A stretch of 64,000 bases of DNA from positions 800,001 through 864,000 of the forward strand of contig CAVZSV010000004.1 of the NCBI GenBank assembly GCA_963778115.1, read 5' to 3'. The notes under the pieces were generated by a model. The model worked only from the letters and a program-made list of their open reading frames with translations. It did not search any database and was not told where the DNA came from. Positions 1 to 8,647 of the stretch are shown in pieces; positions within the stretch are counted from its first letter, which is position 1, and each line of letters opens with the position of its first letter. The translations under genes were made by a program, and so were the position numbers. This stretch comes from an uncultured delta proteobacterium. GTDB lineage: Bacteria; Bdellovibrionota; FAC87; UBA2466.

Positions 1-99
1 AAGCCCAATACAAAAGATGGCAAAGAGGTTTAGAAGCTTTCTCTTGCGAAACCCTTGGGCTAGCAGCGAGTTAAGGTCTCTGTTTAAGCCTGCCGTCAT
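1..99 (-). CDS. pstA: Phosphate ABC transporter permease PstA, N-terminal fragment (runs off window)
   Basis: ATG at 99 overlaps the pstC stop (ATGA); reads MTAGLNRDLNSLLAQGFRKRKLLNLFAIFCIGL; sits directly after pstC. Confidence 0.75.
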   Translation of the reverse strand, partial: MTAGLNRDLNSLLAQGFRKRKLLNLFAIFCIGL

Positions 100-1136
100 T
101 GAGCCGCTTTCGGTTTGGTCACACGCCACACAAAAAATCGCGCCAAACCATTAATAATAAGCGTGACTAAAAATAGCGTAAGACCGATTTCAGCAAGAGC
201 CGAGCGAAGCACATCACTGGTGGCTTCCGCGTACTGATTCGCGATGACACTGGCCATCGTCTGAGAAGGGGCAAAAAGAGATGCTACGATTTCGGAACGG
301 TTACCGATGACCATGGTTACCGCCATCGTTTCGCCCAAAGCGCGCCCCAGTCCCAAGATCACAGCCCCTATGATTCCCGGCTTGGAGCTCTTTAGGACGG
401 AAAGATTCATCATCTCCCAACGAGTGCCCCCCAAAGCCAGAGTCGCTTCTCGTTGGCTGCGAGGAATCGCTCGAAAGACTTCACGGCAGATGGAAGCTAT
501 GGTCGGAGTTACCATAATGGCCAGAATAATCCCGGCGGCAAACATGCCAACCCCGTAGTAAGGCCCTTCAAAGAGAGGAATGAAGCCCAGGTTGTTTCCG
601 ATCACAGGTTCTACTGTCGACTGTAACCACGGCGCCAGTACGAAAATCCCCCACAGTCCGTACACCACACTCGGAATGGCGGCCAACATTTCGACGAGAA
701 ACCCCACAAGGATCGCTAGTCTTCGTGGGGCCAGTTCGTTCAGAAAAAGCGCGATCCCTAAACTGATGGGAGTGGCAAGTAAGATGCCCAAGAGCGAAGA
801 AACGACCGTCCCAAAAACAACGGGAAGGGCACCGTAAACGTCCCTAACGGGATCCCAAACGGAGGTCGTTACGAAGGAAAAGCCAAACTGACGAATCGAA
901 GGAAAAGCCGACTGAACGAGATAGGCAGCGATAAGAAGCAGAAGCAAAATGACACTCAACCCCATTGCTCTTAACAACCAGAGAAAGAGCCTGTCGGCGT
1001 AGTGCACTTCTTTGTAGCGCCGGACGGGGGCAGCCATGGTTTTCAATTTGGATTCGGCAAAAGTTTGTGGCCAATGGCTCAAAGGATTCAAGGGAAATGG
1101 ACTATTTGGTGTTGTTTCTAGATCCATAAGATACAC
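96..1136 (-). CDS. pstC: Phosphate ABC transporter permease PstC (true start may be downstream)
   Basis: Motifs LAAIPSVVYGLWG, ALGGTRWE, GRALGETMAVTMVIGN. Confidence 0.95.
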   Translation of the reverse strand: MYLMDLETTPNSPFPLNPLSHWPQTFAESKLKTMAAPVRRYKEVHYADRLFLWLLRAMGLSVILLLLLIAAYLVQSAFPSIRQFGFSFVTTSVWDPVRDVYGALPVVFGTVVSSLLGILLATPISLGIALFLNELAPRRLAILVGFLVEMLAAIPSVVYGLWGIFVLAPWLQSTVEPVIGNNLGFIPLFEGPYYGVGMFAAGIILAIMVTPTIASICREVFRAIPRSQREATLALGGTRWEMMNLSVLKSSKPGIIGAVILGLGRALGETMAVTMVIGNRSEIVASLFAPSQTMASVIANQYAEATSDVLRSALAEIGLTLFLVTLIINGLARFFVWRVTKPKAAQ

Positions 1137-1287
1137 GAGACCGCACGGCAGACATAGAATTCTAGGGCCGTCACGAAGGTCCTCCCGTTGAAGTTTCGAA
1201 AGCAGCTTCCAGGCTAAAACGGCTAAACGTTCGAAAATCCAGCGGTAAAACCCTCGCCGGTTGTAAACGAACCAGAGGTCTGCGTCG

Positions 1288-1304
1288 TGTTAGGATTTTG
1301 TTAG
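1288..1304 (-). promoter_or_regulatory. Pho-box-like direct repeat upstream of pstC
   Basis: CTAACA-AAATC-CTAACA on the minus strand, 11-bp period typical of PhoB/OmpR-family sites. Confidence 0.45.
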
Positions 1305-1343
1305 AGCTAGTCCATTTGTTTTGCCAAATAGTTTCGATAAGAT

Positions 1344-2984
1344 ATGAAGAACTCTTTAGCAACCTGTGTGGGGTTCTCTTTGAGCTTTGGATATTTGCTT
1401 ATCTGGCTGGTCGGTATCTCAAACCTCTCGCTCATCATGCGATCGGTCCGCAATCGCCCTATCATTCACTACAGTTGGATCACGGCCGCCTCCCTAGTCC
1501 TTATAGGAATGGGAATTACCGCACACATGGCCGATCGCGATACGGCAGGGTACGCAGGAGCGTTGCTATGGGTGCTGCTTATTGCACTTCCCAATCTGGG
1601 AGCTTCCAAGATCGATCGCCTTTGTAATCAGCACCGCTTCTCTTCGGCGCGCCAGTGGGCGTTTCTTTGCCGCATGCTGCATCCTTCGCGAGAATACCGG
1701 AGCCTTCCTACCGTCATCGAGGGGATTGAGGGCGCCTACGAAGGAAAAGCCGTCTCAACGACCGAGATTATCCGTCGGCTTGGCGACATTGGAGATTCTC
1801 TCTCCAGCCGACTTCTTTCACATTGGTTTTCGTTAACGGCAGACTGGTCCGGTTTAGTCGAATGGGTGAGAAAGTCGGAAATTACTTCTCCTGCGGGAGG
1901 CACTCGAGGAAGGGAGCTGGTAGAAAAAGACTCGAGCTTAATGACATGCTATTTACGAGCCCTTGGGGAAACCGGTGACCTGGAACAATTGGTACGGCTC
2001 TGTAGTCGCTATGCGGTAGGAAGCGGAGATCTGTCGGGATATACCACTGCTGTCCGCCGGCTCTTTCTCTTTGCGTTCTGCGGAAAACGGACGGCAGTGA
2101 CTCGTCTTTTCAACGGTCCTTTGCGCAAGTTTCCCTCTTCCAATCAGCTCTTTTGGCTCGCCACTGCGGATATGGCGGCGGGAAACCCCGCGGCGGGCGA
2201 GACCTTTCGATTATTAATGGCCTCCGACGATTTGCGCGTGAGAAAGGGGGCGGAACGACGAATCCTCTCCCCTGTCGCCAAGGCCGATGAAATGCTGACG
2301 ATGGGATCCGCCAATGAGGTGATCCACCAGGAAATTGAGGCCGGGCTCGACGAGCAACTCATTGCAGCACCCGCCAAGCGATCGGAACGCGCCTACGTCA
2401 CCTATGTCCTTATTGCCGCCAACGTCATCATGTTCGCCATTGAGGGTCAAATGGGCGGCAGCGAAGACGTGGTCGCCCTCTTTCGATTAGGAGCTTTGGT
2501 CCCAGAACTGGTTCGCGCCGGTGAATGGTGGCGCATCCCTGCTTCTATGTTCCTGCACTTCGGTCCGCTGCATTTGGGAATGAACATGTTAGCGCTATTT
2601 TTAGTGGGACCCTTCGTCGAATTTGCCGTAGGAGGACCCCGTTACCTTATCGTCTACCTAGGAAGCGGTGTTCTTAGCATGGGTAGTGTCTGTGTCCTTG
2701 CGCTCGAAGGAGCACTTAAGGGCCAGTTTCTCGTTGGAGCTTCCGGCGCCATCATGGGACTGATAGGAGCCTCGGCGGCAATTTTTTTTCGCATTTGGAA
2801 AGCAGAGCGCACGAAGTTTGCGTCCCAAAGATTAAGCTCTTTGGGAATCGCGCTTCTTATTCAGTTAGCCTTCGACTTAAGTACTCCCGAAGTCAGTATG
2901 TCCTCCCATCTCGCGGGAGTCATAGCGGGCGCTGCCATTGGTCTGATGATGAAGCATCGAGTACGAAACCCGCCGCGACGCTAA
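1344..2984 (+). CDS. Rhomboid family intramembrane serine protease with long N-terminal membrane/helical extension
   Basis: C-terminal WWR, HxxxxHxxMN, GASG and SHLAG motifs. Confidence 0.88.
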   Translation: MKNSLATCVGFSLSFGYLLIWLVGISNLSLIMRSVRNRPIIHYSWITAASLVLIGMGITAHMADRDTAGYAGALLWVLLIALPNLGASKIDRLCNQHRFSSARQWAFLCRMLHPSREYRSLPTVIEGIEGAYEGKAVSTTEIIRRLGDIGDSLSSRLLSHWFSLTADWSGLVEWVRKSEITSPAGGTRGRELVEKDSSLMTCYLRALGETGDLEQLVRLCSRYAVGSGDLSGYTTAVRRLFLFAFCGKRTAVTRLFNGPLRKFPSSNQLFWLATADMAAGNPAAGETFRLLMASDDLRVRKGAERRILSPVAKADEMLTMGSANEVIHQEIEAGLDEQLIAAPAKRSERAYVTYVLIAANVIMFAIEGQMGGSEDVVALFRLGALVPELVRAGEWWRIPASMFLHFGPLHLGMNMLALFLVGPFVEFAVGGPRYLIVYLGSGVLSMGSVCVLALEGALKGQFLVGASGAIMGLIGASAAIFFRIWKAERTKFASQRLSSLGIALLIQLAFDLSTPEVSMSSHLAGVIAGAAIGLMMKHRVRNPPRR

Positions 2985-2988
2985 ACTT

Positions 2989-4056
2989 TTACCCTTGCGG
3001 CTTTATTTCTATCGCCGATACTCTCTGAAGAGCGCGCTTCTTTACCGCTTCGGGTAGCGGGGAATAAAAAAGCGAATCAGCGTACTTCTGCCCGTCCGTG
3101 AGTGCCCACTTGAGAAAGCTCACGATCTTTGAACCTTTGTCGGGGTTTGTCTGTTGTTGATAAACTAATAGGTAGGTAAATCCGCTAATGGGGTAAGCCT
3201 CTCGTGCAGACGAATTAGTGAGGGATACTCTGAAATCATCTGGAATTTTAACTCCCGTTGCAGAAGCCGAAACCGACTTAAGCGAAGGGACTACAAATTT
3301 CTTGGAACTATTTTCTACAGTCGCGTAGGGAAGCTTATTGTTCTCAGCGTAAATGAGTTCTACGTAACCGATACTCCCCGAGCTCTGTTTGACGCTCCCA
3401 GAGACTCCTTCGTTTCCCTTGCCGCCGATTCCGGACGGCCAATTCACGGCGGTCCCGGTGCCGACCTTCTGTTTCCAATCCGGGCTCACTTTGGAAAGAT
3501 AGTCGGTGAAAATATTGGTCGTTCCACTTCCGTCAGCTCGGTGGACAACGATAATATCGCCGGAAAGAGTGACCCCCGGATTGAGCTTCGTGAGCTTAGG
3601 ATCGTTCCACTTGGTAATCTTTCCCAAGAAAATGTCCGCGATGACTTCGCCATTGAGTTTAAGGCCCGTCTGAACTCCCTTAACGTTGTAGGTCACCACA
3701 ACAGCACCCAGTACCGTCGGAATGTGGAATACGGGAGCGGTCGCTTTTTTGAGCTGCTCTTCGGTCATCGGAGCGTCAGAAGCCCCGAAATCGATAGTTC
3801 TTTCCAGAAACTGCTTCACCCCTCCCCCGCTTCCAATCGACTGGTAGTTAAACTGAGCGTCGGAATGACTTTTTTGGTATTCGGAGAACCATTTGGTATA
3901 GAGCGGATAGGGAAAGCTGGCTCCGGCACCCGTAATTTGTGTCGCCGCGAAAAGGGCACCTCCGCTGACTAGGGACAGCACCAAGGCAAATCCCAAGAAA
4001 AATCCAAAAGGGAAACGTCTGTTTTTCGTCATTACTGTTCTCCGTCTCATCTTCAA
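2989..4056 (-). CDS. pstS: Phosphate ABC transporter substrate-binding protein PstS
   Basis: Signal peptide; GAGASFPYPLY, YQSIGSGGG, DFGASD, HRADGSGTT. Confidence 0.96.
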   Translation of the reverse strand: MKMRRRTVMTKNRRFPFGFFLGFALVLSLVSGGALFAATQITGAGASFPYPLYTKWFSEYQKSHSDAQFNYQSIGSGGGVKQFLERTIDFGASDAPMTEEQLKKATAPVFHIPTVLGAVVVTYNVKGVQTGLKLNGEVIADIFLGKITKWNDPKLTKLNPGVTLSGDIIVVHRADGSGTTNIFTDYLSKVSPDWKQKVGTGTAVNWPSGIGGKGNEGVSGSVKQSSGSIGYVELIYAENNKLPYATVENSSKKFVVPSLKSVSASATGVKIPDDFRVSLTNSSAREAYPISGFTYLLVYQQQTNPDKGSKIVSFLKWALTDGQKYADSLFYSPLPEAVKKRALQRVSAIEIKPQG

Positions 4057-4081
4057 GGTTAGCTAGAGTAAGCCCTACGGT

Positions 4082-4945
4082 CTACCTTGCTTTGGTGGGA
4101 TCGAATATTAAATTTACGTCAGAAATTTTGGATGAAGAGTCCCCGCCAGGTCCAAAGCTTTTGAGTCGATAGATTCCCTCTACTCTGGGAGCCGGCAGAT
4201 CGCTGCAAACGGTCTCCACAAAAACATGGTAGGCGTTAGGATAAAGCTTGGCCAATCCCGCTAGATTTCTAGGTTCATTCTCAAAAGAAGCTACTAGCTG
4301 ACCGAACTGTCTGACATTTCGCGCGGCCTCAAGTTTGTAAGTCAAGTCATCCAGGGTAGCGTCGTCTTTCATCCAAAGAATCGTGCGATCGCCCAAAGGA
4401 AAATGATCTCGTTTCAAATTTTGCAAAGTCCCCGTCTCCATCTTGGCTCGCTCTCTGCCGGTCAAGTACACCAAGAGAGCTCCCATTTTATGAAGCTGTG
4501 TCGCAAACTCAACACTCCCTGGATACGGCCTATCCAGAGGAAGATATTCATTAGAGAAAAAACGCGGCCACCAATAGCTCTTAATCAAAGCAGCAGTACG
4601 TATAATCTTGGGATCTTTAATGTCGAGTCCTAGCGCGTGTAAAGTATCGTTAAGGGAATAACCCACGTGTTCCAGCTCGAGTTTATCCAAGGCCTGTAAG
4701 AGCTCGGCTGCCACTTCCGATCTCGACTTTTCCACCCATTCTCTAATGATGCCGTGGCTTCGAGGGGCCACTTCGTAAAGAGTGGAATCCAAATCTAAAA
4801 GAACCACAGGCGTCTTTTCGCACGCTAAAACGGTCTTCACGGTTTGCGTGATAAGAGCGATAATTTCCGCATCCGAATGGGTATGGAAATCGGACTGCTT
4901 AAGCCAATGCGCTCTGCTGAAATGGTCTTCGTTTTGTGCCGCCAC
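4082..4945 (-). CDS. HAD-superfamily hydrolase (acid phosphatase-like)
   Basis: Motif I DLDSTL, motif II YLTGR, FENEP. Confidence 0.7.
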   Translation of the reverse strand: MAAQNEDHFSRAHWLKQSDFHTHSDAEIIALITQTVKTVLACEKTPVVLLDLDSTLYEVAPRSHGIIREWVEKSRSEVAAELLQALDKLELEHVGYSLNDTLHALGLDIKDPKIIRTAALIKSYWWPRFFSNEYLPLDRPYPGSVEFATQLHKMGALLVYLTGRERAKMETGTLQNLKRDHFPLGDRTILWMKDDATLDDLTYKLEAARNVRQFGQLVASFENEPRNLAGLAKLYPNAYHVFVETVCSDLPAPRVEGIYRLKSFGPGGDSSSKISDVNLIFDPTKAR

Positions 4946-4983
4946 AGCCCCTTAATCTCACAAATCCCAAAAGGTTCCTACAA

Positions 4984-5031
4984 AAAGGTACGGCCTACCT
5001 TCTTGTATACACAAAGGTAGGCCGTACCTTT
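4984..5031. repeat. Inverted repeat with 18-bp arms (REP-doublet-like)
   Basis: AAAGGTACGGCCTACCTT (4984-5001) and its exact reverse complement (5014-5031); each arm is itself AAGGTA-N5-TACCTT. Confidence 0.85.
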
Positions 5032-5123
5032 GTGTGGTTCCTTTGTGTGGTTGACGTTGAGGGGGCCGGCCCCTAAGAATCCTTGAGAGAGATTTTAGAG
5101 GGTATGGGTGTGGGGGGAATCGC

Positions 5124-6041
5124 TTGCCTAAGAAAATACTTAGTGATTTCGATGGGGTACTTACTGACCTGAAGCAGGAAGCGCTTCGCGTATCGGAGAT
5201 CTTTGAATCGAAGCTCTACCAGGAGAGCGGACAGCCCGCCGAAGTCGTCAAAAGCTGGCTAGAAGAGGGCAAAGTCGCCATGCGTGGCTTTCCTTACCGG
5301 TACGGCTGGAAGATCAAAGGCAGGATTGCGGCCTTCTGTAATGAAGACGCCTTCATTAGAGTCAATTCACTGGGAGTATTTCTAGATGAGAAGGCAAACC
5401 ATGACCCCGTGCTCGCCCAAGTTAAACTCCGACTTACCGGTCATGGGCAAGAAGGGCTAAGCGGGTTTTACGATTTAGCCCAAGCGTCCTTTCAACAGAT
5501 GACCCGAGAGACTTCACGCGGCGAACACAATCCCATCGAACAGACTACCGTTCACGCCATCGAGGCGATATTACGCCGAGGCCATGGCGTGGTAATCGTT
5601 TCCAACTCCAAGACGGATCGCATCGTCCACTTGCTTCAAAAAGCGGGACTTCCCGCCCTGGCTCATCAAGACGGTCACCAGGAAAATTCCAGCGCTCCGC
5701 TTCGCGTACGTGGAGGGGCCGGAAAATTTCTCTTAGGAGATAGGCCCGACTCGTTCAACGTAGGGGAATATAAGGTCGAAGTCGATCGCCCTGCCTACCG
5801 AAAGATTCTCGAAGAGGAGAAGCCCGATATAGTCATTGGGGATGTCTTTTCGTTAGACCTAGCACTCCCGCTACAACTCGCGGAACGAAAAGTTCCCGGG
5901 TTTGAATCCTTAAAGATATGGCTGCGCAAACGCGACTACACTCCCGAATGGAGTGAACACTACGTAACAGAATCCTGTCAGGAGGCTAGCGGTGGCGTAC
6001 TCGAAGAGTTCGACGAACTCGTGGTTTTGGGAACGGCTTAG
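5124..6041 (+). CDS. HAD-superfamily hydrolase
   Basis: DFDGVLT motif I, VSNS motif II, IGDVFSLD motif IV. Confidence 0.7.
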   Translation: MPKKILSDFDGVLTDLKQEALRVSEIFESKLYQESGQPAEVVKSWLEEGKVAMRGFPYRYGWKIKGRIAAFCNEDAFIRVNSLGVFLDEKANHDPVLAQVKLRLTGHGQEGLSGFYDLAQASFQQMTRETSRGEHNPIEQTTVHAIEAILRRGHGVVIVSNSKTDRIVHLLQKAGLPALAHQDGHQENSSAPLRVRGGAGKFLLGDRPDSFNVGEYKVEVDRPAYRKILEEEKPDIVIGDVFSLDLALPLQLAERKVPGFESLKIWLRKRDYTPEWSEHYVTESCQEASGGVLEEFDELVVLGTA

Positions 6042-7362
6042 AAGAACCGCAATCAAAAGCGGTGAGACCGATGCGATAAAACATTCCAGACCTTTTCGCA
6101 TCCGGCGTTCGGTGAATTGGCTGACACTGGGACTCACCTATTCCGCGATGTACATGGGACGCTACAACCTTTCTTTTGCCAACAAAGCGCTCTCAAGTAC
6201 TTACGGTTGGAACAAGACTCAAATCGGCGCCATCATAACAGCGGCCCTTTCGATCTACGGATTTTCCGCCATGTTTAACGGCCCCATTGCAGATAAAATT
6301 GGCGGCCGTCGCGCCATGCTTATCGGAGCTTCGGGAACGGTTGTCTTTAATCTTCTCTTCGGGCTTGGCGCCTATATGGGCTTTTTAGGAAAGGGAACGC
6401 TGCTACTCGGATATTTTGCAACGGTGTGGGCTTTGAACGCCTACTTTCAATCCTTCAGCGCGCTTTCGCTTATCAAAGTCAATGCGGCTTGGTTTCATGT
6501 CAGAGAACGAGGAGTTTTCTCTGCTATTTTTGGGTCCATGATTCAAGGAGGAAGAGCCCTCATCTTTTTTGTCGGCGGAATTTTGGTGACTATCCTCCCC
6601 TGGCAGTGGGTCTTTTTTGTTCCTTCGGCGATAGTGCTTTTCATGGCCGTTCTGACCTACTTTTTCGTGCAAGACAGTCCCGAAGATTGCAACTTGCCTC
6701 CTCTTGATGTCGAAGATGCTTCCAGCGGAGACTCAGAAACGGTCACCGTAAGATATGTTCTAAAAAAAGTGCTTACCAATCCCATCACGCTGACGATTGC
6801 GGTGGCGGAATTTTGTACGGGCCTAGTTCGTCATGGATTTGAGCAGTGGTTCCCAAGGTACATGTTAGAGGCGCAACATCTATCGCTAGAATCCCACGTC
6901 TTTCAAGCAGGGGCCGCATCGGTGGTTCTAGCAGGCATCGCCGGAGCTTTCGCAGCAGGCATGTTCTCCGATTGGATTTTTGGAGGCAGACGAACGCCGG
7001 TAGCTTTCGTAGGCTATGCGATCCAATGTATTTGTCTGGCGGTGGTCTGGAGATCTCCCAGTACCCAATCGGTGATATTTGCTTTTGTCGCCAACTCCTT
7101 TGCCATTAGCATGGTGCATTCCATGCTTTCGGGAACTGCCTCCATGGATTTCGGAGGAAAAAAAGCTGCGGCTACTGCATGTGGAATTTTCGATGGCATG
7201 CAATACTTAGGCGGATCGTTCGTCGGCATCGGAATGGGATGGATGCTCCAACACTGGGGCTGGAGTGCATGGGGACCCTCGATGATTGGGTTTGCGGGGG
7301 TGGGAGGAGTATTGATGCTGGTACTTTGGAATGCGCGCCCGAAAACTAGCCTTCATTCTTAA
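5992..7362 (+). CDS. MFS transporter, organophosphate:Pi antiporter (GlpT/UhpT-like); start uncertain
   Basis: About 12 TM segments; YMGRYNLS, GPIADKIGGR, WFHVRERG, SDWIFGGRR, ATACGIFDG. Confidence 0.75.
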   Translation: MAYSKSSTNSWFWERLRRTAIKSGETDAIKHSRPFRIRRSVNWLTLGLTYSAMYMGRYNLSFANKALSSTYGWNKTQIGAIITAALSIYGFSAMFNGPIADKIGGRRAMLIGASGTVVFNLLFGLGAYMGFLGKGTLLLGYFATVWALNAYFQSFSALSLIKVNAAWFHVRERGVFSAIFGSMIQGGRALIFFVGGILVTILPWQWVFFVPSAIVLFMAVLTYFFVQDSPEDCNLPPLDVEDASSGDSETVTVRYVLKKVLTNPITLTIAVAEFCTGLVRHGFEQWFPRYMLEAQHLSLESHVFQAGAASVVLAGIAGAFAAGMFSDWIFGGRRTPVAFVGYAIQCICLAVVWRSPSTQSVIFAFVANSFAISMVHSMLSGTASMDFGGKKAAATACGIFDGMQYLGGSFVGIGMGWMLQHWGWSAWGPSMIGFAGVGGVLMLVLWNARPKTSLHS

Positions 7363-7428
7363 TCCATTATGCTGCCACGAATGGGGAATGAGTCCGAGAT
7401 CTGGAAATGGCTAAACGTCTCGTGAGAC

Positions 7429-8619
7429 TTAGTCGTTCTTTTCTAAGCCAATCGCCCTGGTCTGTGCTTTATACTTCTCTACTAACCCGATTGCAGGGTT
7501 ACTCTTTCCTTCAAGACTCAAATCCATCAACTTCATTTCGGATTCATAGGTCGCCGCCGTGGCGTCGGGCTCAACTTCTTGGATGGAAACTTCCGATATT
7601 TCATCGAGCAACTCTTTTCGTCGCTGCTGCAGATGGGCAACACTGGCCGTGTGGCGCGAATGCGGTTTACTCTTTAGATTTTCTTCGACCGGATAGAGTT
7701 CAGCGCGAAGACTGGCCAGTTTAGTTTCGGTTTCATAGGCAACATCGGGATTATAGAAAGCGGAGAACCCGGGCCTTACCTGAAGAGAGAGTTTCGCCCA
7801 AGACATTCCCCGTTGGTAGGGGCTAACGTATAACGTCTTACGCGCGATCTGTTCACTACCCGGGCTCACATTCGCATCCCCAGCGCCAAGAATGATATTA
7901 ATTTCCGGAAACTCTTTCGCAATCTTTTCGTTTTCCGATCGCCCTAATGACGAGAGTAAAACAATAACTTTCGGTTCCTGACTCATCTCGGAAAAGATCA
8001 TCTTAAGTGCCTTTTCCGGTGAGACGACATCCACAGAATTGTCTTCTTTGGGAATTCCTTGGGAGCCCGATAGTCCCACAACAAAAAGCGAAACTTCATT
8101 AGTGCCTCGAAATTCGCGGAAGCGTTCGAATAGGGGAATTTGACTCGATTTATCGTAGAGGTCGCTGCTGATAAAAGCGAATTCCGCTTTAGCCTTTAAC
8201 GCCATTAAATTATCGAGTCCCAATCGCAAATCACTTCCGGCCGGTGTAATGGCATCCAAATGCATCGTATTTAAAGCCTCCACCATGGCGTCGGCTTTGC
8301 GCTGGTACATATCCTTCTTCGCCGGATCAAAGGTGGTTTGGGTGAAGGTCATTCCCGCCGAAAAAGCATGGACCCGACCTTGGGCCTTTCGCCATTCGTG
8401 AAGGGCCTTCCACGAGCGACCCACTCCGCCTAATGGATTGAATTCACAACCACACGGTTCAAGTTCTTGTTGGAAGCTAGACGCGAAGGCGAGGTTCACT
8501 TCTCCGGGCTTGTTAAGCTTTTCTGCCGTCGCCACCGGCTCCGTAGTCGGTTCCGACGAACAGGCTCCTAAAATTAAAACCAAGCCCAACAAAGTGACTT
8601 TCAATACATTAACTTTCAT
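7429..8619 (-). CDS. Lipoprotein with UshA/5'-nucleotidase-like N-terminal domain, degenerate metal motifs and a PCGC motif
   Basis: Start MKVNVLK after GGAGG; lipobox LGAC; ELEPCGC..PLGGVGR, FAFISSDL, VIVLLSSLG, INIILGA. Confidence 0.65.
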   Translation of the reverse strand: MKVNVLKVTLLGLVLILGACSSEPTTEPVATAEKLNKPGEVNLAFASSFQQELEPCGCEFNPLGGVGRSWKALHEWRKAQGRVHAFSAGMTFTQTTFDPAKKDMYQRKADAMVEALNTMHLDAITPAGSDLRLGLDNLMALKAKAEFAFISSDLYDKSSQIPLFERFREFRGTNEVSLFVVGLSGSQGIPKEDNSVDVVSPEKALKMIFSEMSQEPKVIVLLSSLGRSENEKIAKEFPEINIILGAGDANVSPGSEQIARKTLYVSPYQRGMSWAKLSLQVRPGFSAFYNPDVAYETETKLASLRAELYPVEENLKSKPHSRHTASVAHLQQRRKELLDEISEVSIQEVEPDATAATYESEMKLMDLSLEGKSNPAIGLVEKYKAQTRAIGLEKND

Positions 8620-8647
8620 CGTTTTCCTGCCTCCGTCAAAAAAGGTC

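Noticed and set aside
4970..5060. CRISPR array or attC site
   Set aside because: Only one inverted pair and a 13-bp tandem duplication; no repeat-spacer periodicity, cas genes or integrase
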